Assembly (NCBI GenBank): GCA_965261735.1
Contig: OZ253470.1
Span: forward strand, 2,816,001-2,880,000
Direction of reading: 5' to 3'
Source of the DNA: Alphaproteobacteria bacterium
GTDB taxonomy: Bacteria > Pseudomonadota > Alphaproteobacteria > SHVV01
Length of the DNA stretch: 64,000 nt
In this document: in pieces, positions 55,510 to 64,000 of the stretch
Layout of the letters: each line of letters opens with the position of its first letter
Position numbering within the stretch: the first letter of the stretch is position 1
Made by a program: the position numbers and the translations under genes
Notes under the pieces: generated by a model
The model's input: the letters and a program-made list of their open reading frames with translations, nothing else
Database searches by the model: none
Told to the model about the DNA's origin: nothing

Positions 55510-56871
55510 ATGCGGGTACGCTGCGGCAAGCTGTTCACCGGCCTCGAGGACGAGGCCAGGTCCGATCAGACGCTCCTCATCGACGACGGCCGTATCACCT
55601 TCGTGGGGCCGAGCGCGGACGCGCCGGCCAATGGCGAGGAGGCTCTCGATCTCTCGAACGCCTTCGTGATTCCGGGACTGATCGATGCCCACACCCACTT
55701 GGCCTTCGGCAACGCCCAGGGCCTCGAGGACGTCGACCTCTATTCGGCGCTCGAATTCCGCGCGCTCCGCGGGCTCATCAACGCGCAGCGCGTACTGACG
55801 ACGGGGCATACGGCTTTCATCGATCCCGGCTCCTCGGGCCGCGTCTCGCTGTCGGTGCGCGATGCCATCGATGCGGGCCTGTTTACGGGGCCGCGCATCG
55901 CCTGCTCGGGGCCGTTCATCGGCAACCGGCAGGGCTTCACCTCCTTCTACCCGACCTGGTTCACCAACCCGACGGCGGTGTGCGATCTGGTTAAAAGCAC
56001 CGACGAGGCAGTCGAGACGATCCGCCGCCAGGTCAAGGACGGGGTCGACTTCATCAAGATAGCGCTCGACGGCCGGGTCATGAACGGCGACGGCGAGCTC
56101 TCGGCCGCCTTCGACGAGGCCACCATTAAGCGGCTGATCGACGAGTGCCACCGCTTGGGGCGCAAGGTCATTGGGCACGCACGCGGCCGCGAAGCCGCGC
56201 TCTTTGGTGCGCGCTCGGGCACCGACGTCCTCTATCACGTCTCGTGGATCGGCGACGACGTGATAGAGGCGGCGCTCAAGAGCGGCTCCTATTTCTGTCC
56301 CTCGATGACGATCACCCACAACCGCTTCAGCTTCGCGCAGTCGAGCGATCCGGCCACGCGCAAGGGCGACTTCGGCGCCTCCGAATGGGCGGCCTCGACG
56401 ATGTGGGCGCGGCGCGCCTATGAAGCCGGGGTACCCCTCATGGCCGGCACCGATTCGGGCTTCGCCTCGGACCCGTGCGGCGAGTGGCACGCGCGCGAGA
56501 TGGAGATCCTGGTCAAGTACATCGGCCTCACCCCGGCGCAGGCGCTACGAGCCGCGACCTCGGTCAACGCCACCTTCTTCGGTGACGCGGACGGCGCGGG
56601 CGCCGATTTCGGGGCGCTCGAGGCGGGCCGCCTCGCCGACTTCGTGGTCGTCGACGGCGATCCGCTCGAGGACATCTCGATCTTGCTCGACAAGTCGGCA
56701 ATCCGCGCGGTTTACCTCGCGGGCGAGCGCGTGGAGGTATCGCCGCCGCCGATCCACGCCGAGGCCGAGACCGCCTTCTCCTACCGCTTCTGGCAGGACA
56801 CCTACGACCAGAAACGCGTCGCCGAGCTGCGCGGCGACGGCGGAGCGGAGTCCCACATCCGGGCGATCTGA
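55510..56871 (+). CDS. Metal-dependent amidohydrolase (Xaa-Pro dipeptidase-like subfamily)
   Basis: PGLIDAHTH, DFIKI, GHA, AGTDSG and GRLADFVVVDGDPL motifs. Confidence 0.9.
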   Translation: MRVRCGKLFTGLEDEARSDQTLLIDDGRITFVGPSADAPANGEEALDLSNAFVIPGLIDAHTHLAFGNAQGLEDVDLYSALEFRALRGLINAQRVLTTGHTAFIDPGSSGRVSLSVRDAIDAGLFTGPRIACSGPFIGNRQGFTSFYPTWFTNPTAVCDLVKSTDEAVETIRRQVKDGVDFIKIALDGRVMNGDGELSAAFDEATIKRLIDECHRLGRKVIGHARGREAALFGARSGTDVLYHVSWIGDDVIEAALKSGSYFCPSMTITHNRFSFAQSSDPATRKGDFGASEWAASTMWARRAYEAGVPLMAGTDSGFASDPCGEWHAREMEILVKYIGLTPAQALRAATSVNATFFGDADGAGADFGALEAGRLADFVVVDGDPLEDISILLDKSAIRAVYLAGERVEVSPPPIHAEAETAFSYRFWQDTYDQKRVAELRGDGGAESHIRAI

Positions 56872-56877
56872 GAGGGC

Positions 56878-57330
56878 CTAGCCGAGGCTCCTCAGGTCGG
56901 CGAGCACCTCGTCGGGGTGGTCGGCGGGTTTGACGGTTGCGTAGGCCTTGGCGATCTTGCCGTCGGGGGCGATGAGTACGGAGACGCGGGTCGGGACCCG
57001 CGAGTCGGCCTCGGCGGCGCCGTAGGCGATCGAGGTCGCCTTCGTCTCGTCGCTCAGCAGATCGAAGGGGAAGCTGGACTTCTCGCGGAACGCCTTGTTG
57101 GCCCCGGTCGTATCGAAGCTGATCCCGAGTACGGCGGTATTGAGTCCTTCGAAGTCCTGGATTCGATCACGGAATCCCTTGCCCTCGATGGTTCACCCAG
57201 GTGTGTCGGCCTTGGGGTACCACCACAGGAGCACGTAGCGGCCGGAGAAGTCGTCCGACTTCACCGCTGCCCCATCCTGATTGCTGAGCTCGAAGCTCGG
57301 CGCTCGTTGGCCCACGTCGATCAGCGCCAT
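56878..57330 (-). CDS. bcp: Peroxiredoxin (BCP/PrxQ), probable selenoprotein (Sec46); missed by ORF track
   Basis: Manual translation: MALIDVGQRAPSFELSNQDG...WWYPKADTPG[TGA 57193-57195]TIEGKGFRD...FPFDLLSD...RVSVLIAPDGKI...HPDEVLADLRSLG*. TGA sits at the peroxidatic Cys of the YPKxxTPGCT motif and the frame stays open for 104 more codons. Confidence 0.9.
57159..57177 (-). promoter_or_regulatory. Candidate bacterial SECIS hairpin
   Basis: Starts 15 nt after the UGA: GGAUUC-CGUGAUC-GAAUCC, a perfect 6-bp stem built from codons (GGA, CGT, CGA) that are unusual in the surrounding genes. Confidence 0.6.
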
Positions 57331-57468
57331 GCCATCCCCCTTTTGCGCCCCTTATGTGACCCTCGACTATAGCACATAGCGGCGAGGTGTCCGATGGAAC
57401 GCGGCTCGCCGGCCACGCTATGATGCCTCCCCGGACCAGCGCCCAGGCGTTCGAGCCAGGAGGCGAAC

Positions 57469-58263
57469 ATGGCCAAGAACATACTGCTTCATTTTAGCGG
57501 CGAGGATCGCCACGAAATCAAAACGGACATGGCGATCCGGATGGCGAACATCTTCGACGCCGGCATCACCGGCCTCTACGCTAGCGAGGTCTGGCACCGC
57601 GGCGGGGCGCGCCCTCGCGAAGGCGATATCGGGGGCGACGAGGCCAAGGCCGGGCGCGTCAAGGCTGCTTTCCTCGGCGCGACCGAGGCGCGCGGCGTGG
57701 CGGCGGAGTGGCTGATGCGCGGCGGCGATGCCCGCGCCTCCATACTCTTCCTGTCGTGCTTCGCCGACCTGATCGTCATGGGCCAGTCCGGGCCCGAGGA
57801 ATCCGATCAGGCACCGGACCTGCCCAACGACGTCGCAATGGCCGCCGGGCGCCCCGTGCTCGTCGTTCCGCACTCGGGCACGTTCGAGCAGGTCGGTACG
57901 CGTGTCATGGTCGCCTGGAACAACAGCCGCGTCGCGAGCCGCGCCATGCATGACGCCATGCCGATCCTCGAGCAGGCGGCCGAGGTCGTGGTGCTCAGCG
58001 TCAACGCCAAGCAGACGGATCAGCCGACGAGCGAGGATGTGCGCGAGCACCTGGCCGGGCGCGGCATCAACGCCGAGGCCGTGAGCACCGCCGTCCAAGA
58101 GGTCAGCACCGGCAACGCCCTACTGTCGCGGGCCCACGATCTCGGCGTCGATCTCGTCGTCATGGGCGCGTATGGCGGCTCGCGAATTCGCGAGACCCTG
58201 GTCGGCGGCACCACGCGCCACGTGCTCGAGACCATGACGCGCCCGGTCCTGCTGTCGCACTGA
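57469..58263 (+). CDS. Universal stress protein (tandem USP)
   Basis: DLIVMGQ, GRPVLVVP, VAWN.SR.ASRA and DLVVMGAYG.SRIRE..GGTTR...PVLLSH motifs. Confidence 0.93.
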   Translation: MAKNILLHFSGEDRHEIKTDMAIRMANIFDAGITGLYASEVWHRGGARPREGDIGGDEAKAGRVKAAFLGATEARGVAAEWLMRGGDARASILFLSCFADLIVMGQSGPEESDQAPDLPNDVAMAAGRPVLVVPHSGTFEQVGTRVMVAWNNSRVASRAMHDAMPILEQAAEVVVLSVNAKQTDQPTSEDVREHLAGRGINAEAVSTAVQEVSTGNALLSRAHDLGVDLVVMGAYGGSRIRETLVGGTTRHVLETMTRPVLLSH

Positions 58264-58433
58264 GGCGGGACCGCGCGGGGGCGGTGCCGAGGCGAGCTGC
58301 CGCTTGTTAGGCCCCGCGCTCCCCTCCGGGCCGCCGCACATAACCAACTTCACACCGATTGAGAGGCACGGCATCGTCGGCCCCGCCGGCGGGGCCCGGC
58401 GGGGTTCTCACATCCGGACCTCGAGCGGGCGCG

Positions 58434-59549
58434 TCATGAAGCCGCGCGCAACGGCTCCGCCGCGGCAACGACGCCCTGGAGATGGAGCTGCCCGCGCTCG
58501 GCGGAGGCGCGCCACTCGGCGCTGTCGTAAGCTTGAACGGGGTTGCGCAGCAGCGGATAGCCGCTGTCGCGCTCGAACGCATCCAGGTCCGGCGCCGGCG
58601 TCATCAGAATGCGCAGGGCCAGGGAGAGCGCGCCAAGGCTGCTTCCGGCTCTGGCGCTGGAATCGATGAGGGTCGGATCGGCGATGTACCGCCGGGCGAT
58701 GCTCTCGAACGTTTCGGGGGCGGCACCGGTCACCTCCTGAACGTGTTCGCTCGGCGCGCCAAGGGCAAAGGCCCCGCCCTTCAGCGCCTCGGCGTAGTGT
58801 CGCATCTGCGATACCTGCGAGAGCGGGATTCCCTGTGCGCGCGCCGCCTTAGCGAACATTTTGAAGGGCAAATCGCGATAGGTGACGCGTCGGCCGACCA
58901 CGCGCGACAGGATGCCCGCGATGTCGGTTGGCGAGAGAAGCTCAGGACCCGTAGGCCGGTAGCTCTTGCCGATATGGGACGCCGGATTCATCAGCACGGC
59001 CGCCGCGACACGCCCGATGTCCTCGTTTGATGGCGGCGCGTTCATGCCATCGCCGAAGGGGGCGGCCAGCATCCCCATATGAAGGATCGCCGGAAGCCCG
59101 AGCAGGTAGAAAAAGGCGAACAACCCCGGATTGACGTGGACGACGTCGACCGACGGCATCCAGCGCAAGACATGGTTGGCGAGCCAGTGCTCGCGGGTCA
59201 CGAAGGAGGGGTCGGATGGATGGGGGAGCCATTGGCTCATGAGGGCGACGACCTCGAGCTTCGCGTCCTCCGCCGCGAGAGCGAACACCGCTGCCGTATG
59301 AAGGAGGTTGGGCCCAAAGGGCAGGCATAAATAGGCGCGCTGCACGCCATCGAGTGCCCCGCGCACGTCCCGATAGTCGAGGAGATCGCCGAGTACGACC
59401 TCGGCACCGGCGGCCGCGAGCGCTTCGGTGCGGGCATTCCGGCGCCGCACGAGGGTACGCACGGGGAAGCCATTGGCGAGGAGTTCCATAGTCGCGGGCG
59501 CGCCCGTCCGCCCGGCCGCGCCCGTCACCAGCACGCGTGGTTTCGACAT
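58434..59549 (-). CDS. NmrA-family NAD(P)-binding protein
   Basis: VLVTGAAGRTG, GDLLD, EDIGRVAA and TGPELLS motifs; start at MSKPRV. Confidence 0.88.
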   Translation of the reverse strand: MSKPRVLVTGAAGRTGAPATMELLANGFPVRTLVRRRNARTEALAAAGAEVVLGDLLDYRDVRGALDGVQRAYLCLPFGPNLLHTAAVFALAAEDAKLEVVALMSQWLPHPSDPSFVTREHWLANHVLRWMPSVDVVHVNPGLFAFFYLLGLPAILHMGMLAAPFGDGMNAPPSNEDIGRVAAAVLMNPASHIGKSYRPTGPELLSPTDIAGILSRVVGRRVTYRDLPFKMFAKAARAQGIPLSQVSQMRHYAEALKGGAFALGAPSEHVQEVTGAAPETFESIARRYIADPTLIDSSARAGSSLGALSLALRILMTPAPDLDAFERDSGYPLLRNPVQAYDSAEWRASAERGQLHLQGVVAAAEPLRAAS

Positions 59550-59588
59550 CGGTGATCCTTTCTCGTTTTGTGGCTCGCTTGCCGCCCG

Positions 59589-59617
59589 TTGACTAGGAGT
59601 GTATATACATCTAATAT
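59589..59617 (+). promoter_or_regulatory. Sigma70-like promoter with a palindromic operator in the spacer
   Basis: TTGACT-17 nt-TAATAT; the spacer contains the perfect palindrome TGTATATACA (59600-59609). Confidence 0.55.
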
Positions 59618-59795
59618 TCCCGCCTTCAAGTCGCGACGAGAAGTATTGCGGCGACGCGCGGCAGGGGCGCCGGCGCTTTTCGGCCGGGTGCCTATCGATC
59701 CGACCGACGAGCGTGGCGCCTCCTCGGTTGAAGGGCGGTGCGGCGGCAACTATGCTCGACCACGGGCATGACGTTGGCTTCCAAGGGGGGTCGTG

Positions 59796-60836
59796 ATGGC
59801 GGGTCCGAAGATGCGCTTCTGCATGAACGGCGGCACGCTCAGGCAGCCCGTACCGGCGGAGGTTCCGCTGTGGCAGGCCTATGATGCCGCCGGAATCGAC
59901 ATCGGCATGCCCGATTCCTCGCGCCAGTACCGCGAGCTTTACGTCGCCACCACGGTGTGCGTGCTCAACACAGAGCGGGTGCGCGTTTTCCCGAGCGTTA
60001 CCAACCCGGTCACCCGGCACCCCTCGGTAACCGCTGCCGCCATGCTCTCGCTCCACGAGCTCGCGCCGGGGCGCATCGGGCTCGGCATCGCGACGGGCGA
60101 TTCGGCGCTCTGGAGCGTGGGGCTGAAGCCGGCGCGGGTCGCTTACTTGCGCGACTACATCGTGGCCGTGAAGTCGTTGCTGCTCGGCGAGGAGGCCCAT
60201 TGGCAGGGCCAGACCTTCCGCGCCGAATGGAGCGCCTGGGCGCCGCCGGTGGACATCCCGGTGTTCGTCGCGTGCGCGGGGCCGAAGGTCCTGCGCATGG
60301 CGGCCGAGGTCGCCGACGGCGTGATCGCGGCCATCGGCTTCTCGCCCGAGGACATCGAGGACGTGCACACAATCGTGGGCGAGGGCCTCGCCGCCTCGGG
60401 CCGCAAGCCGGAGGACTTCGAGGTGTGGTGGACCGCGGACATCACCTTCGCGGGGAGTGTCGAGGAGGCCGCGGCGCAGAGCCTCGGCTGGGGCACGAGC
60501 TGGCTTACGATCAGCACCCTCGAGGGCAAGCGCATTCCCGCGGACTTGCGCGAGCGCGTCAAGGAGATGAATGCCGATGCCCATGTCCTGGCCAAGTCCT
60601 ATAAGACGCCGGGGCGCAACCGCCTGATCGTCGAGCGCGCCAAGGAGCTCGGGCTCTACGACTGGCTGATCTCGCGCTCGCCACGCCTATGGGGCACGCC
60701 AGCCGACGTGGTTGGGCGCTTCGAGGACCTCGCCGGCCAGGGCATCGCGAACTGGGTCATCCACGGCGGCCGCATCGAGGACAAGGCCGCCCACCTCGAC
60801 CTCCTGACGCGCGAAGTCATGCCCCGTTTCGCCTAG
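59796..60836 (+). CDS. Luciferase-like (LLM) flavin-dependent oxidoreductase, paralog of 50901-51944
   Basis: Shares RELYV, VTNPVTRHPSVTAAA, WSAW.PPV, SYKTPGR and DWLI.RSPRLWGT with the other copy. Confidence 0.9.
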   Translation: MAGPKMRFCMNGGTLRQPVPAEVPLWQAYDAAGIDIGMPDSSRQYRELYVATTVCVLNTERVRVFPSVTNPVTRHPSVTAAAMLSLHELAPGRIGLGIATGDSALWSVGLKPARVAYLRDYIVAVKSLLLGEEAHWQGQTFRAEWSAWAPPVDIPVFVACAGPKVLRMAAEVADGVIAAIGFSPEDIEDVHTIVGEGLAASGRKPEDFEVWWTADITFAGSVEEAAAQSLGWGTSWLTISTLEGKRIPADLRERVKEMNADAHVLAKSYKTPGRNRLIVERAKELGLYDWLISRSPRLWGTPADVVGRFEDLAGQGIANWVIHGGRIEDKAAHLDLLTREVMPRFA

Positions 60837-60870
60837 CACGCTCGCCACACACATATCCCGGGGGCTCGAA

Positions 60871-63291
60871 ATGTCGGACGCGAGGTCGCCATTCCACCGC
60901 GGCGAGAAGGAGATCCAGTCCCGATTAGGCGTTCGCGACAAGATCGAGGAGAAGGGACGGCGCATCATCCGCGATCGCATCCCGGAAAAGAATCTCGGAT
61001 TCTTCGCCCAGCTGCCGCTGCTGGCGATCGGCACGGTCGATGAGTGCGGCCGCCCCTGGGCGTCAACCCTCGCCGGGGCGCCCGGCTTCGCCCGGGCCAC
61101 CGATCCCCTCAAGCTCGAAATCAGGGCCCGGCCCGTCTACGGCGATCCGCTGAACAGGGCGCTGATCGAGGGCACGGACATCGGGGCGCTCGGGCTCGAC
61201 TTCGAGACCCGCGGCCGATTTCGGGTAAACGGGAGAATTGGCCACCCGAGCGAGGGGGCGTTCGACATTCGCGTGAGGCAGGCGTTTCCCAACTGCCCGC
61301 AATACATCCAGGCCCGGGATCACGACCTCGGCGACGATATCGAGACCATCGGGGAGAAGAGGTCGGTCCACCGTGGAGACAAGCTGAACCGGGCCGAGGC
61401 GGCCCTGATTGCCGGGGCCGATACCCTCTTCATCGCGAGCCGGTTCGCCGAGGGCGAGGACGACTGGAGCCGCGGGGTCGATGTGTCGCACCGGGGCGGC
61501 AAGCCGGGGTTCGTTATCGTCGCCCACGAGAGCCTCCTGCTGTTCCCGGATTACGCCGGCAACTGCATGTTCTCCACCCTGGGCAACATCCAGGTGGACC
61601 CGCGCTGCGGCCTTTTGTTCATCGACTTCGACATCGGGGATGTCCTTCAGCTCACCAGCGAGGCCGAGATCCTGTGGGAGCCGGAGCACGTCTGCCGGTT
61701 TCCCGGCGCCGAACGGGTCGTGTCCTTCCAGGTCGAGGAAAAGATCCACATCGAGCAGGCGCTACCCCTGACCTGGCAGTTCCGCGGATTCCATCCCATT
61801 CTCGACAAGCTGGCGACCGGCGGGACCGAGGAAACGGTCCCACAGGCGCGCCCGATGAGCCTCGAATCGGTCAACGTCTCGATGCCCAAGGAGGTCGCGC
61901 ATGACGGCAAGACCGTGACCACCGGCATTTTCAAGGAGCGGGTCGAGGGCCGCGTGGCACTGCGCCGGCTCAACCTCGAGGGAGACGGGCAGGCCGACCT
62001 ATGGGGTCACGGCGGCACCTTCCGCGCCGTCTACGCCTATTCGCGCGAGAACTACGACCACTGGGCGCGCGAGCTCGGGCGCGACGACTTCGCGATCGGC
62101 CAGTTCGGCGAGAACTTCACCGTCGCGGGCATGCTCGACGACGAGGTCTGCGTCGGCGATGTGTTCCGCATCGGCGGCGCCCTCGTCGAGGTCAGCCAAC
62201 CGCGCATCCCCTGCTACAAGCTCGCGCTCAAGATGGGCATCGAGGGCTTCCAGAACCGGTTTCTCGAAAGCGGCCGGGTGGGGTTCTACTTCCGTGTCCT
62301 AGAGGAGGGCGAGGTTGGCGCGGGCGATGAGGTGGTGCTCGTCAAGCGGGACCCACGCGGCATGTCCGTTCGCCGGGTCAGCGATGTCCTGTATTTCGAC
62401 AAGGAAAACCTGGACGCGACCAGGCAGGCCCTCCATATCCCGGCGCTGGCGCATGGCTGGAAGGGCTCGTTCGCGAAGCGGTTGGCGAAGGCGGAGACAT
62501 CGACGAAAGCCCGCAAGGGCTTGCGCAGCTTCGTCGTCGAGCGCAAGGAGCCCGAAAGCGAAACCATTACGTCCTTCTATCTGGCGCCCGAGGACGGTGC
62601 ACCGCTGTCCGCTTTCCTGCCGGGCCAGTTCCTAACGCTGGAGCTCGATATTCCGGGCGAGCCGAGGCCGGTGATCCGCACTTATTCGCTCTCCGACGGC
62701 CCCCATCGCGAGCGCTATCGCCTGAGTATCAAGCGCGAGCCGGCCCCGGCCGATACGCCCGAGGCGCCGGCCGGGCTGTCCTCGACCTATTTCCATGACC
62801 AGGTCGAGGCCGGGACCACCCTGCGCGTCGGCGCCCCGCGCGGCAAGTTCACCCTCGATCCCGACGGCGAGCGGGCGGTCGTGCTGCTGAGCGCGGGCGT
62901 CGGCTTGACGCCGATGATCAGCATGCTCAACGCCATCGTCCAAGGCGGCGCCCCGCGGCCGGTGTGGTTCATTCACGGTACCCGCAGCAGCCGTGAGCAC
63001 GCCATGGGCGCCCACGTGCGCCGCCTCGCCGAGGAGCACGACAACGTTCACGTCCATATCCGCTACAGCGAGCCCGACCCGGAGGACGTCGAGGGCCGCG
63101 GGGGCCGCGACTACGACAGCCGGGGCTGGGTCGACATGGCCCTGCTGAAGCAGGTGCTACCCTTCGACGACTACGATTTCTTCCTGTGCGGGTCGCAGCC
63201 GTTCATGCGGACCCTCTATTGCGGCCTGCTCTCGCTGGGGATGTCGGAGTCCCGCATCCACTACGAGTTCTTCGCTTGCCTATCCGGTTAA
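60871..63291 (+). CDS. Fusion of pyridoxamine-5'-phosphate-oxidase-like domains, MOSC (YiiM-like) and FAD/NAD(P)-binding reductase; C-terminus cut by IS at 63275
   Basis: SPFHRGE, NCPQYIQ, DVSHRGGKPGF and PDYAGN (PNPOx-like); TGIFK, GDGQAD, FGENFT and SQPRIPCYKL (MOSC); PGQF, RTYSLS, AGVGLTPM, FLCG and IHYEFF (FNR). Confidence 0.88.
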   Translation: MSDARSPFHRGEKEIQSRLGVRDKIEEKGRRIIRDRIPEKNLGFFAQLPLLAIGTVDECGRPWASTLAGAPGFARATDPLKLEIRARPVYGDPLNRALIEGTDIGALGLDFETRGRFRVNGRIGHPSEGAFDIRVRQAFPNCPQYIQARDHDLGDDIETIGEKRSVHRGDKLNRAEAALIAGADTLFIASRFAEGEDDWSRGVDVSHRGGKPGFVIVAHESLLLFPDYAGNCMFSTLGNIQVDPRCGLLFIDFDIGDVLQLTSEAEILWEPEHVCRFPGAERVVSFQVEEKIHIEQALPLTWQFRGFHPILDKLATGGTEETVPQARPMSLESVNVSMPKEVAHDGKTVTTGIFKERVEGRVALRRLNLEGDGQADLWGHGGTFRAVYAYSRENYDHWARELGRDDFAIGQFGENFTVAGMLDDEVCVGDVFRIGGALVEVSQPRIPCYKLALKMGIEGFQNRFLESGRVGFYFRVLEEGEVGAGDEVVLVKRDPRGMSVRRVSDVLYFDKENLDATRQALHIPALAHGWKGSFAKRLAKAETSTKARKGLRSFVVERKEPESETITSFYLAPEDGAPLSAFLPGQFLTLELDIPGEPRPVIRTYSLSDGPHRERYRLSIKREPAPADTPEAPAGLSSTYFHDQVEAGTTLRVGAPRGKFTLDPDGERAVVLLSAGVGLTPMISMLNAIVQGGAPRPVWFIHGTRSSREHAMGAHVRRLAEEHDNVHVHIRYSEPDPEDVEGRGGRDYDSRGWVDMALLKQVLPFDDYDFFLCGSQPFMRTLYCGLLSLGMSESRIHYEFFACLSG

Positions 63292-64000
63292 CACCCATGA
63301 CCGCTACATGTAGGGTGCCGCCACTCTCCCGAGTAAAGCTCGGCATAGGTTGGAGCAGAGGTGTCGCCCGCGATGCCGAGCAATGAGCGGAAGGCGTTGA
63401 ACGGGTAGAACCGCCTGTTGAAGCGGAAGGTGAACTCGTTGAGGTAGGCTTGTAGGTGCTGGTGGCTGACGCCGTGGTGGATACCGATCAGCCACGTCTT
63501 CAGGTTGACGAAAACCAGATGGATGATCGGCAGGTATTGCTCGGCAACCTCTGGATCACCACACTCGGCAACAGCGAAGTGCTCATAGCCGCGCTTCCCG
63601 AGGCCAGCATAGCCGCTCCAATCGTCAGTAACGATCAGCGATCGCGGCGCGACGGTGCTCTCGACGAACCCACAGAGCGACTCGGCGCTACGGTCGAGCA
63701 CGACGGCGAGCCGAACGCGTCCGGCATAGCGTCCGTCTTTCCGGTTGTCGAGCTTGGTGCCCGGCTTTCGATGACGCACCTCGATGGCACAGGAGACGGG
63801 AACCTTGTGGTGAACACCACGGCCTTCCCCACGCGTTCGCCCGCCAACCCAGGTTTCGTCCACCTCAACATGGTTCTTGGGCTGTCCACCGATCCTGTCT
63901 TGGTTGGGCCGCACCATGCCCGAGCGGAGCTTGTGGAGAATTTGAAAGGCCGTCTCGTAGCGCGAAAGACCAAGTTGCCGCTGAAACTGCACGGCGGACA
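63275..64000 (-). mobile_element. IS1595-family IS, copy 2 (partial, runs off the window); transposase C-terminal part 63288->64000
   Basis: Nearly identical to copy 1 (a few substitutions, e.g. IDIHH/IGIHH, APGS/APRS) with the same end CTTGCCTATCCGGTTAAC. Confidence 0.93.

Noticed and set aside
56917-57372. 151-aa plus-strand ORF filling the gap after the amidohydrolase
   Set aside because: It is the antisense shadow of the TGA-containing peroxiredoxin.
49656-64000. Bona fide composite transposon
   Set aside because: Copy 2 interrupts a gene from inside the region and no shared flanking target duplication can be shown, so independent insertions are more likely.

Overview
GC-rich bacterial chromosome segment, most likely Alphaproteobacteria, judged from the conserved blocks hemC-hemD-mitofilin(COG4223)-hemY, tsaD-gpsA-yciI-EVE and DUF1674/rsmB-rpe-heparinase-purH, and from a GAAC-N7-GAAC SOS box. 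(1) 1-4870 is the end of an element integrated at the 3' end of a tRNA-Thr(CGT). It encodes HNH, major capsid, a tandem-domain prohead protease, two head-completion proteins, portal and a Zn-finger protein, with no tail genes before the att end (phage-satellite/cf-PICI-like). (2) About 5-49.6 kb is housekeeping and surface-polysaccharide genes with signs of decay: a broken NAD-GDH gene next to an intact gdhA, an internally deleted ybjQ and a frameshifted SHOCT gene. It also holds an IS630 split by a 2.3-kb IS1595-family transposon (8-bp target duplication) carrying a small acidic protein plus a Clp-fold (SDH-type) serine protease. (3) 49.6-64 kb is a redox/catabolic region bounded by two near-identical IS1595 copies. 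It contains two luciferase-like monooxygenases, an orphan solute-binding protein, TauD, a Rieske oxygenase, an amidohydrolase, a probable selenocysteine peroxiredoxin missed by the ORF track (in-frame TGA at the catalytic Cys plus a downstream hairpin) and a PNPOx-MOSC-FNR fusion cut by the IS. All calls come from reading motifs by eye; no database searches were run.
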